A DNA stretch of 46,067 bases from a virus: IMG/VR virus record IMGVR_UViG_3300044556_000176. One strand, 5' to 3'. Shown here piece by piece: positions 1 to 6,820 of this stretch. The notes under the pieces are model-generated. The model was not told where the DNA came from. It searched no databases and saw only the letters and a list, made by a program, of their open reading frames with translations. How positions within the stretch are numbered: position 1 is the first letter of the stretch; each line of letters opens with the position of its first letter. A program made the position numbers and the translations under genes.

Positions 1-1504
1 CGACTTGGTCGTCGTGAGCGCCCATGGGGAAGCCGACGAGCTCATCCTCGTAGTCCCCCAGCCATGCGGCACCCATACGATGGAAGACCTTGTGGCTCTC
101 GTAACGAGCACCCATGGGGATAGCCTTGGTGACCTTGTCCTTGGTGGCGTTCAGCTCCATTACAGGCACACCAGCATTGCGCAGCATCTGGAAGACGGGA
201 CGACCAACACCATTGACCTCGATGCCCATGCACGTGGGCATGTAGCGTCTGTACTGGTCTAGCAGGAGCCTAGGCTGTTCAGCGCCTTCCATCTGTGCCC
301 TGAACACATCCCAAAGAAGCAGGTCGTTCTTCGGAGTGACGATCCATGTACTGCATACGAACCAGTCTGCTGTGGTCTTGGCAGAGGCTGTCGGATCGAC
401 GGTCTGGAAGTGCCAGCATTGCTCAGGCACGAATCGTTCATCGCCCGTGTCCCTGTGAAGCACGTACGTATGGTCGATGAGCTCCCAGTACCTGAAATCC
501 TTCCTACGGAACATGGTACCGTCTGGAGGACTGGGGTGCTGCTGATACATAGCATTGAACATGTAGCTGCCCATGGCGATTCGTGTACGATTCAGTGACA
601 CCTCATCATACATCTCTGGCCACAGCGCCTCTCCGTCAGAACGACCGAGCTGATCGGTGCCCTCTGCCAGAGCGGGAAGGCTCAGTACCTTCCACTTGTC
701 CGCACCCTTCTCCATATCCGCCAACAGACGTCCTGCAAGGTCGTCCTGATGCCAACGAGTCATAACGACAATCACGGCACCGCCTGGAGCCAAACGAGTG
801 CGCAGCGTAGTCTGGTACCAATTGTAGGCAGAGCGCCTCACCGTCTCAGAGCTAGCCTCTTCATAGTTCTTAATCGGGTCGTCAATAATGGCGATATGAG
901 CACCTTTACCAGTGATAGCGCCACCAACACCTGCTGCAACAATGCCATTGTCGTGGCTTCCTTCGAGTCCCCATCGGTCTGCACGAGCAGCATCCTCTGC
1001 GAGCTTGACTCCGAACAGTTCCTCGCTGTCTCTCATCTTGTTCCTCGTCATTCGACCGAATTCCTGAGCGAGGTCTGCCGAGTAGGATGTGAGCATCCAC
1101 GTCATCCATGGATGGTTGCCCATTCCCCACACAGGAAACTCCTGGGAGACGAGGCGAGACTTACCGTGTCGAGGCGGCATGAAGATCATAACACGCAGAT
1201 TATCGCTCTCCGACTCATTCATGCGTGCCTCGTGAATAGCGACTACGTCATTGATGGTCGCTTCGAGCTGAGCTGCAATGAGCCTGTGGTGGCGTCCGAT
1301 CTTGTAGCTCTCGTCCATGTACAATGTGTAGTCGAGAAGGTGGCGACGTGCGAGTTCCTGTCGGATACATTCGAGCTGACCGAGCATGTTAGGCACATCT
1401 TTGATGTCGAGCGGTTGAGTCCTGTCTCCATCGGACAACTGGGTGGGAAGACCTTCAGGAGCTTTTGTTCCGACATGGGACACGACCTTGTTACGTCTAG
1501 GCAT
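1..1504 (-). CDS. terL: Terminase large subunit, duplicate copy; the C-terminal part is cut by the window edge (full copy at 42531-44138)
   Basis: Same sequence as 42635-44138. ATG at 1502-1504. The ORF has no stop before position 1, so the ORF track does not list it. Confidence 0.9.
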   Translation of the reverse strand, partial: MPRRNKVVSHVGTKAPEGLPTQLSDGDRTQPLDIKDVPNMLGQLECIRQELARRHLLDYTLYMDESYKIGRHHRLIAAQLEATINDVVAIHEARMNESESDNLRVMIFMPPRHGKSRLVSQEFPVWGMGNHPWMTWMLTSYSADLAQEFGRMTRNKMRDSEELFGVKLAEDAARADRWGLEGSHDNGIVAAGVGGAITGKGAHIAIIDDPIKNYEEASSETVRRSAYNWYQTTLRTRLAPGGAVIVVMTRWHQDDLAGRLLADMEKGADKWKVLSLPALAEGTDQLGRSDGEALWPEMYDEVSLNRTRIAMGSYMFNAMYQQHPSPPDGTMFRRKDFRYWELIDHTYVLHRDTGDERFVPEQCWHFQTVDPTASAKTTADWFVCSTWIVTPKNDLLLWDVFRAQMEGAEQPRLLLDQYRRYMPTCMGIEVNGVGRPVFQMLRNAGVPVMELNATKDKVTKAIPMGARYESHKVFHRMGAAWLGDYEDELVGFPMGAHDDQV

Positions 1505-2273
1505 CTTCCACCGCCTCAGCAGTCACGGGTAAAGCGGGAAGTGCCGCATCATCCACATGATCTCCCACGGTCACTTCCACAGCTTGTGCAATTTCTTTCA
1601 CCTTGGCGCGTAATTGTTCATCTGTTAGGGCTTTCACGTCTACCTGCCAATTCACGTCTAGCTTGTGCTTAGTCTCGACGGAAATCTCCATTACCCGCTT
1701 GGCATTCCACACATCAGGCATACGACATTCGAGATATCGAATCATCGCCGAGACGTTGCCGTTAATAGCAGCAGAGAACAGAGCATTCTCGACCAATGAG
1801 CATGCGAAAATGCGAGCCTCTTCCAAGTCGCACCAGAACTTGGCATACTTGCCTTCTTGTCCTCGTGCCATTTCTTCCTTACCACGACGACGCCACTCAG
1901 TGATTGTACGAGGGTTCAGACCAACACGAGCTGAAGCAGTGGTGAATGTGTAGCCTTGCTTCACTAGCGCGACAATTTGAGGAGCCTTCTCGTCGAATTT
2001 GTGGTAGCCACCCTTAGCTGCTGCTTCCTCAATGTTAGTATGGACGGCACAATATTTGCCGTCCACCGTTGCCCCCTTTGTGCATTGCTTTCCTGTTCGA
2101 GGATTGTGTCCTTGACAACGAGGAGTCCCCCAGTAAGTCCAATGCTCAGGGTCTTCAATATGCTTAGGATGTGGGTTATTTTTGGAATACTTAGGCTTCG
2201 ACTTCTTAGATCCTGAGACCTTCTTCGAAGCCTTAGTCTTCCCATTCTCCCTGTTAGTCGTCATTATCACCAC
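1497..2273 (-). CDS. terS: Putative terminase small subunit (duplicate of 44131-44907)
   Basis: 258-aa ORF directly upstream of terL with an 8-nt overlap. Lys-rich N-terminus, Cys/His cluster CQGH..C..C..H, and HTH-like ARVGLNPRTITEWRRRG. The track start at 2273 is GTG; the ATG at 2262-2264 is an alternative start. Confidence 0.65.
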   Translation of the reverse strand: MVIMTTNRENGKTKASKKVSGSKKSKPKYSKNNPHPKHIEDPEHWTYWGTPRCQGHNPRTGKQCTKGATVDGKYCAVHTNIEEAAAKGGYHKFDEKAPQIVALVKQGYTFTTASARVGLNPRTITEWRRRGKEEMARGQEGKYAKFWCDLEEARIFACSLVENALFSAAINGNVSAMIRYLECRMPDVWNAKRVMEISVETKHKLDVNWQVDVKALTDEQLRAKVKEIAQAVEVTVGDHVDDAALPALPVTAEAVEDA

Positions 2274-2330
2274 ATTCCTATTATTTAAATATATACTCCT
2301 TATCTATTATCGCTCTTTTTCTTATAGATT
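2274..2330 (-). promoter_or_regulatory. Candidate late-operon promoter: GAGCGATAATA box upstream of terS
   Basis: The minus strand reads GAGCGATAATA at 2305-2315. This is the same undecamer as in early modules A and E. It sits 40 nt before the terS ATG and is followed by the AT palindrome TATTTAAATA. Confidence 0.4.
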
Positions 2331-2404
2331 ACCTTATCAATTTCATTATATTTTCTTATGCATTAATACGTTTTCTTGTTTTACCACATTAACGACATCT
2401 CTCG

Positions 2405-2505
2405 AAAATATTTTTATTATTTTCAAGATTCCCGATGAAAGTTGAACAATTTCGAGCGATAATAGTGTTGCAGGGAATTGACAACGACTTCGAAAGGACA
2501 CTGCA
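2405..2505 (+). promoter_or_regulatory. Conserved early promoter/leader module, copy A
   Basis: AT-rich ATATTTTT..ATTTTCAA tract, then GATTCCCGAT (2427-2436), GTTGAAC (2441-2447) and GAGCGATAATA (2454-2464). Leader stem GTTG 2467-2470 pairs with CAAC 2482-2485. AAAGGA RBS, then ATG at 2506. Confidence 0.65.
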
Positions 2506-3234
2506 ATGACCACCATGACCAACTTCTCCACTACCGCTGAGCGCATTGGTAAGACCACTTCTGAGAAGAGGGCTGTCGAGGCTATGGCGAATTCTCTTGG
2601 CTCCGTTGAGAACGCCATCGCCGACGGCGACACCCACTACGAGGGTCACTGCTTCATCGACGATGCCGAGCAGTACGCATCCGAGGGTCTCGATTCGCTC
2701 GACAAGCGCACCCTCAACCACATCTCCGATGAGCGCATCAACGAGCTCGTTCACGAGGTAGCCCTCACTTTCGATTACCTCGAAGAGTACAACGAGCCAG
2801 CCACTTCACCTGAGGCTAACAATGACAAGGAGAACGCCATGACCGCGCCCCAGACTTCTGTTTTCATCCCTTCCTCTGCCGCTTCCATGTCCTTCGAGGA
2901 CTTCATCGACGGCATGTATCTGTTCGCTAGCAAGTGGGTCGGCGAGATCGCCGTTGATCGTGTGGCTATTCGTGTTGAGTCTCTCTACAACGACATCACG
3001 TTCCGCACGATGGTGTTCGAGTATCGTCAGGCTGTGCTTTCTCGTGACACCAACAAGAAGCTCATGTTCCGCTCGATGGTGACTGGTGACGCTGTCTGCA
3101 CCGCTGACGACTGGGACAACGACATCTATTCATCCAAGGTGAATGCGTACGGCGACGTGCTCTACGATATGCTCGTTCGCCTCCCTAGGAATGCCGAGGA
3201 TGAGCGCGAATCCCTCAAGAAGTTCTGCGAGTAG
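2506..3234 (+). CDS. Hypothetical acidic early protein (242 aa), monocistronic
   Basis: ORF with an RBS, flanked by module A and the terminator at 3243-3273. Very rich in D/E. No family recognised. Confidence 0.75.
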   Translation: MTTMTNFSTTAERIGKTTSEKRAVEAMANSLGSVENAIADGDTHYEGHCFIDDAEQYASEGLDSLDKRTLNHISDERINELVHEVALTFDYLEEYNEPATSPEANNDKENAMTAPQTSVFIPSSAASMSFEDFIDGMYLFASKWVGEIAVDRVAIRVESLYNDITFRTMVFEYRQAVLSRDTNKKLMFRSMVTGDAVCTADDWDNDIYSSKVNAYGDVLYDMLVRLPRNAEDERESLKKFCE

Positions 3235-3242
3235 AATCTGTT

Positions 3243-3273
3243 GGCTGGGTGGGGAGACCTGCCCAGCCTTTTT
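3243..3273 (+). terminator. Rho-independent terminator
   Basis: Stem GGCTGGG (3243-3249) pairs with CCCAGCC (3262-3268), followed by TTTTT (3269-3273). It lies 9 nt after the stop of 2506-3234. Confidence 0.8.
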
Positions 3274-3277
3274 CTCT

Positions 3278-3371
3278 GAATATTTTCAAGATTTTCTTGA
3301 TTCCCAATAATAGTTCAACTATTTAGAGGGATAATAAGGTCGTCAGGAAGTAACGACTGAAGGGAACTGAA
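3278..3371 (+). promoter_or_regulatory. Conserved early promoter/leader module, copy B
   Basis: GAATATTTTCAAGATTTTCTT, then GATTCCCAAT (3299-3308), the palindrome AATAGTTCAACTATT (3309-3323) and GAGGGATAATA (3326-3336). Leader stem GTCGT 3339-3343 pairs with ACGAC 3353-3357. GAAGGGA RBS, then ATG at 3372. Confidence 0.65.
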
Positions 3372-3638
3372 ATGGAGAACGTCAAGGAAATCGTCAAGAT
3401 CGGTCAGAAGCTTACCGCCCACAAGGGTGAGTGCATTGGTATCAAGATTTACGAAATGAAGAAGGAAGTCGAAGTCTCCAAGGTCAACAAGAAGTCCTTC
3501 ATTGCAAGCGGCATCAAGTTCTCCCTCTGGAAGGTCACCGACAAGGATTCCTGTGGTCTTCGTCGCAAGGACGGTAAGAAGCGTGCCATCTTCACGTCTC
3601 CTAGCCGCATTGATGGCATCGTTGAAATCGAATTCTAA
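3372..3638 (+). CDS. Hypothetical basic early protein (88 aa)
   Basis: First ORF after module B, with an RBS. No family recognised. Confidence 0.65.
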   Translation: MENVKEIVKIGQKLTAHKGECIGIKIYEMKKEVEVSKVNKKSFIASGIKFSLWKVTDKDSCGLRRKDGKKRAIFTSPSRIDGIVEIEF

Positions 3639-3647
3639 GGGGGAAAC

Positions 3648-3899
3648 ATGAAGAACTCAGGTCTCGACTGGATCGACGACGAGGGATACTGCGGGTATCC
3701 GACCGCTCGTGTGAATGGCTTTGCGATCGTTATGTGCTGCGATGACGACGACAGCCTCGCAATTCAGGTTTTCGACGAGGAAGACGACCATGCCATCGAG
3801 TGTGGAGAGATCTACCAGCAGCTGAGCGGATTCGACTCTTTCGACGATATGCAGCTCGCTGCTGAGTATCTCGCATTCACCCTTTGCCACGTACGCTAA
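3648..3899 (+). CDS. Hypothetical strongly acidic early protein (83 aa)
   Basis: GGGGGAAAC ATG RBS 9 nt after the previous stop. Contains D/E runs (CCDDDDS, DEEDD). Confidence 0.65.
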   Translation: MKNSGLDWIDDEGYCGYPTARVNGFAIVMCCDDDDSLAIQVFDEEDDHAIECGEIYQQLSGFDSFDDMQLAAEYLAFTLCHVR

Positions 3900-3948
3900 C
3901 GATCATTTCGACATCAATCGCTGCATCGTCAAGTTCTAAGGAGAAATC

Positions 3949-4131
3949 ATGGCACACATTCCTGAGGCAGACCGCGCTCGCATCTACGAACTCGCAGACG
4001 AGTTCGGAGTTCACCCTTCCATCGTCCGCTCGTTGTACGACGTGATGCCGAACGAGCTTTACGATGGCATCGTCACCGCGCTGGAGGACATGGCGGACGA
4101 TCCAGACTACGAGGAACTTTTCGATGAGTAG
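3949..4131 (+). CDS. Small acidic protein with an HTH-like segment (60 aa)
   Basis: AAGGAGAAATC ATG RBS. The segment IYELADEFGVHPSIVRSLY looks like a helix-turn-helix. Acidic C-terminal tail DDPDYEELFDE. Confidence 0.6.
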   Translation: MAHIPEADRARIYELADEFGVHPSIVRSLYDVMPNELYDGIVTALEDMADDPDYEELFDE

Positions 4132-4357
4132 GCATTTTTACCGTTTGACGCTCCACAGGAACGATAGGCTTTACTTCCATGCGATCTACGAAAACAAGCT
4201 GAACGCTCGAAAAGCCTATCTGAAGCTTCGAACGAACAGAAAGTCCGATTCTAAGCGTCTAGACGAGGTGTTTTGGGACTCGTGCATTGGTCGTTGGCAG
4301 TACGTTCAAACGCTAAACCGCACAGACGGCAATTCACATGATTCAAACCAATTCTAA
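4124..4357 (+). CDS. Hypothetical basic protein (77 aa)
   Basis: The track ORF 4064-4357 overlaps the previous gene. The internal ATG at 4124 overlaps the previous stop (GATGAGTAG), which fits translational coupling. The start is uncertain. Confidence 0.5.
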   Translation: MSRHFYRLTLHRNDRLYFHAIYENKLNARKAYLKLRTNRKSDSKRLDEVFWDSCIGRWQYVQTLNRTDGNSHDSNQF

Positions 4358-4368
4358 CGTGAGCACAT

Positions 4369-4407
4369 AGAAACACCGCAGCACTTTCATGAGTCTGCGG
4401 TGTTTCT
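4369..4407. terminator. Bidirectional stem-loop terminator between convergent operons
   Basis: Perfect 13-bp stem AGAAACACCGCAG (4369-4381) pairing with CTGCGGTGTTTCT (4395-4407), with a 13-nt loop. It lies between the plus-strand stop at 4357 and the minus-strand stop at 4449. Confidence 0.75.
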
Positions 4408-4448
4408 CTCGTTAGAACCCATTCTAAGGCTCCGAAATATTTTCAGAA

Positions 4449-4943
4449 TCAGAGCTCAATCAATCCATTGGCTCCAGCATCATCAAGTAGGAATCTAGCG
4501 AGGTGTTTGGCGGCATCTTTGGCATGAACACCCTTGCCTAGGTCGCACCACGGCACGGTCTTCATCTGAGATGCCGTATGCCACACGACTTCGCATCCAT
4601 TCCGCTCAGCCACTGCAGCGCAACCACCGACCAGCTCCATAGTCATCGTGGCTTCACGACCCATAGTGACTCCGATGCGAGGAGTGTGCTTCTCGATTAC
4701 GACCACCTGAATGGATGGACCAGCATTGCGCAGAAACTCTTCCATCCACTTAATGGTCTGGTCGTGAGGCACCATTGAGTATCCGACGTTCACAGCATTC
4801 TTATAGCTCCAAGCGCACCCTGTTGTGCCTCCTGGGTCAAGGGCTAGCACACCCCTATGCGGACGTCTAAGAACACGTTGGAACACGCTCACTCCAGTCG
4901 ACTCTTTATTCTCGGAGGGCTTTTGTATCAACGACATCTGCAT
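4449..4943 (-). CDS. RuvC-like Holliday-junction resolvase
   Basis: N-terminal VLALDPGGTTG (catalytic Asp), VVIEKH (Glu) and C-terminal HAKDAAKH, as in the RuvC/RNase H-fold resolvases of phages. Confidence 0.7.
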   Translation of the reverse strand: MQMSLIQKPSENKESTGVSVFQRVLRRPHRGVLALDPGGTTGCAWSYKNAVNVGYSMVPHDQTIKWMEEFLRNAGPSIQVVVIEKHTPRIGVTMGREATMTMELVGGCAAVAERNGCEVVWHTASQMKTVPWCDLGKGVHAKDAAKHLARFLLDDAGANGLIEL

Positions 4944-5166
4944 CTTCCTTCGGTTTGAAAGTCCACGATCCTACGCACCCATCGTTTTCGTCGTATGCTT
5001 CTATGAGGCGTGGACGTTCTGGACCAATAGCTGTAAACAAAGCTACGACAGCCACTTCACAATTCGATCTATTGAGTGGTCGGAGAAACGTCAAGTTTTG
5101 AGTCTCCTGATTTTTATAGACGATCAGCAGCCTAATGGCTTTTTTCTTGTTCTGTTTCTTCCCCAT
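4906..5166 (-). CDS. Hypothetical protein (86 aa)
   Basis: Minus-strand ORF whose ATG overlaps the stop of the upstream small ORF (TAATG at 5164-5168). No family recognised. Confidence 0.5.
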   Translation of the reverse strand: MGKKQNKKKAIRLLIVYKNQETQNLTFLRPLNRSNCEVAVVALFTAIGPERPRLIEAYDENDGCVGSWTFKPKEDADVVDTKALRE

Positions 5167-5336
5167 TAGATGAGTCCACCACCAATCGCAGTCAGTATCA
5201 GTCCAGAAAAAGTCAAAATGACTCCAGCCTTATACGTGTATTCAGGATCGCCATTCAGCTTTTCGGAAGAGCAGGCGATAAGGGAGAGAGATCCGATGAT
5301 CACGAATACCATCCCGCAAACAGATATAATGTTCAT
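5166..5336 (-). CDS. Small two-TM membrane protein (56 aa); below the ORF-track size cutoff
   Basis: Hand translation gives MNIISVCGMVFVIIGSLSLIACSSEKLNGDPEYTYKAGVILTFSGLILTAIGGGLI. The ATG (5334-5336) overlaps the upstream stop as ATGA. Its own stop overlaps the next ATG as TAATG. Confidence 0.55.
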   Translation of the reverse strand: MNIISVCGMVFVIIGSLSLIACSSEKLNGDPEYTYKAGVILTFSGLILTAIGGGLI

Positions 5337-5509
5337 CGCTTCTCCTTTTCAGCTATGCGTTCCCACTTACGTTTGGCATAATCCTCGCCAGACATCTCAA
5401 CGTCAAGCATAATTGCCTCAATAACGTCCTCTACAGGCATGCAGCGGCTGGCGAGACGAGAGCCTAGGGCGACGCACCAGTCTGGTGCATTGCTGCGCTT
5501 CTTGCCCAT
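5333..5509 (-). CDS. Hypothetical protein (58 aa from MGKK)
   Basis: The track ORF runs 5333-5617. The ATG at 5507-5509 lies 1 nt after the upstream stop, with a GAGG 9 nt upstream. The alternative ATG at 5522-5524 has no RBS. Confidence 0.45.
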   Translation of the reverse strand: MGKKRSNAPDWCVALGSRLASRCMPVEDVIEAIMLDVEMSGEDYAKRKWERIAEKEKR

Positions 5510-5510
5510 T

Positions 5511-5927
5511 CTAATGCGCCTCATTTCGAATACAGATGAGCGCCTCGACCATTTCGGGCTTGTTAAGACGAGCAATGTCGTCCTCGTCAAGGTCAATGGC
5601 GAGAGCAATGAGCTCACTCTTCTTCATACGCCTGAGCTTGTTATCCGACAGATGGAGAAGGTCATCCATAGCCACTTCACGAGGAGAAGGCGCCTTATCC
5701 AAGGTCTCAGGAATGCGCATTTGCTCCTGGAGAGAACCATCGCCTGTAGCGTACAGAGACCATGCAGCTCCACATTCATCGCACACCACGTCCACGCAAC
5801 GACCCGTAGACGTGATATTCCCAAAACTCGTTCGAGCATGCTCACCACTGCCACAAACAGGACACACGCTCTTTGTGACGAGCTTGTATTCCTCGTCAGT
5901 CATTTCTCTGAGTCGAATAGTCTTCAT
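5511..5927 (-). CDS. Zinc-ribbon protein with a C-terminal HeH/Rho-N-like helix pair (138 aa)
   Basis: CPVCG..(22)..CDEC motif. The C-terminal segment MKKSELIALAIDLDEDDIARLNKPEMVEALI resembles Rho_N/SAP-type DNA/RNA-binding modules. Confidence 0.6.
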   Translation of the reverse strand: MKTIRLREMTDEEYKLVTKSVCPVCGSGEHARTSFGNITSTGRCVDVVCDECGAAWSLYATGDGSLQEQMRIPETLDKAPSPREVAMDDLLHLSDNKLRRMKKSELIALAIDLDEDDIARLNKPEMVEALICIRNEAH

Positions 5928-6367
5928 TAGTCATCGACCTCGCTTGCAGACTCGCCTGTGGAGCCGTACCCGCCACGAGAAGCGCAGCCCATGTCGTCTG
6001 TTTCGATCACGTTGATCTCGGGCATCATAGGCTGAATGCGGAACTGGGCTATGCGCGTACCAGCTGGGATGAAAGTGTCTCGAACAGCATATGCCACGAA
6101 CCCCCAGACGTCGTCGCTGCCACAGTACTCGTTCTCGATGATCCCGATGGAATTTGCCATCAGGATACCGTGCTTCAGACAAGTGGACGAGCGAGGAGCA
6201 ATGATGCCCTCGAAGCCTTCTGGCATCTTGATATTGATACCAAACGGGATGATCCGCACATCACCCTGCTTCATGGAAACGTCCTCGCTGCAAGCCAGAT
6301 CGATCCAAGCACCATGGCGCTCAAGCTTGCTAGCGCCATCCATATAACGCACAATAATGTCTTCCAT
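5927..6367 (-). CDS. dut: dUTP diphosphatase (trimeric dUTPase)
   Basis: Motifs PRSS, GIIENEYCG, RIAQ and C-terminal RGGYGSTG. The ATG at 6365-6367 has an AAGGAG RBS 5 nt upstream. The track start at 6373 is a GTG lying inside that RBS. Confidence 0.9.
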   Translation of the reverse strand: MEDIIVRYMDGASKLERHGAWIDLACSEDVSMKQGDVRIIPFGINIKMPEGFEGIIAPRSSTCLKHGILMANSIGIIENEYCGSDDVWGFVAYAVRDTFIPAGTRIAQFRIQPMMPEINVIETDDMGCASRGGYGSTGESASEVDD

Positions 6368-6381
6368 TATCACTCCTTAAC

Positions 6382-6414
6382 GAAAAATGGACGAGCCTCC
6401 GAGGAGACTCGTCC
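6382..6414 (-). terminator. Candidate internal terminator/attenuator
   Basis: On the minus strand, GGACGAG pairs with CTCGTCC (6408-6414 / 6389-6395), followed by ATTTTTCGTT (A-run 6383-6387 on the plus strand). It lies between the 6433 stop and the dut RBS. Confidence 0.5.
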
Positions 6415-6432
6415 GTGAACAAACAAGGCTGT

Positions 6433-6807
6433 TTACTTGCAGTCCTCGAAGTCATCATCGCAATCATGGCAATTGCCACAGTCGCCAGACAGGAAGTCCG
6501 TGAACTGCTCAAGGTGACGGAGGAAGCTCTCACGCTTCTCATCGTCCTTGCGCCACAGATCGAGCTTCTTCTTGGTCACCTCGTCAATCTCGCTGAGCGA
6601 CAGGAACTGGTCGTTGTCGTCAGAGTTGCACTCCTTCAGAGCACTGCGGAGAGCATCGTGCATGTCGAGAAGGAGATTGAGCTGGAACTCGGAGGGGATG
6701 TCGAAGCCATCCATCAGTCGAGCGATTGCCTCCATGCAGTCGTAGTAGCGACCACGGTCAAGATCCATAATGTTGTCAATACGGTGCTGCTTGATCTCGT
6801 TCTTCAT
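6433..6807 (-). CDS. Hypothetical acidic protein with a Cys-rich C-terminus (124 aa)
   Basis: The internal ATG at 6805-6807 has a GAAAGGA RBS and lies just after the thyX stop at 6821. The longer track ORF (to 6927) would overlap thyX. The C-terminus reads GDCGNCHDCDDDFEDCK. Confidence 0.6.
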   Translation of the reverse strand: MKNEIKQHRIDNIMDLDRGRYYDCMEAIARLMDGFDIPSEFQLNLLLDMHDALRSALKECNSDDNDQFLSLSEIDEVTKKKLDLWRKDDEKRESFLRHLEQFTDFLSGDCGNCHDCDDDFEDCK

Positions 6808-6820
6808 GATTGATTCCTTT

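Larger units (their letters stand above)
1..3433. repeat. Direct repeat copy 1, identical to 42635-46067 at an offset of 42,634 bp; the window over-runs one genome unit
   Basis: First bases cgacttggtcgtcgtgagcgcccatgggga recur at 42635. Last bases cccacaagggtgagtg (3418-3433) match 46052-46067. Every ORF in 5..3234 reappears with an identical translation at +42634. Confidence 0.95.

Noticed and set aside
2274-2505. tRNA, ncRNA or cos-site signals in this and the other AT-rich intergenic regions (18496-18659, 22195-22533, 38442-38583)
   Set aside because: I could read no cloverleaf-compatible arms or conserved tRNA boxes. The gaps are accounted for by promoter modules, hairpins and terminators. 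A cos or pac site cannot be identified from sequence alone.
1-3433. Interpreting the 3.4-kb duplication as a genuine long direct terminal repeat of the virion DNA
   Set aside because: Both boundaries fall in the middle of coding sequences (terL and the 88-aa early gene). That is what arbitrary linearisation of a circular or concatemeric assembly produces. Real DTR boundaries are normally intergenic. Read-level data would be needed to settle the question.
4064-4123. The first 20 codons of the 97-aa ORF 4064-4357
   Set aside because: They overlap the 60-aa gene in another frame. The internal ATG at 4124 overlaps that gene's stop, so I shortened the gene. The start remains uncertain.
5170-5412. 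An 80-aa plus-strand ORF in the small-gene region
   Set aside because: The opposite strand carries two ORFs with exact stop/start overlaps that fit the surrounding operon. The plus-strand ORF has no RBS and would be an isolated antisense gene.
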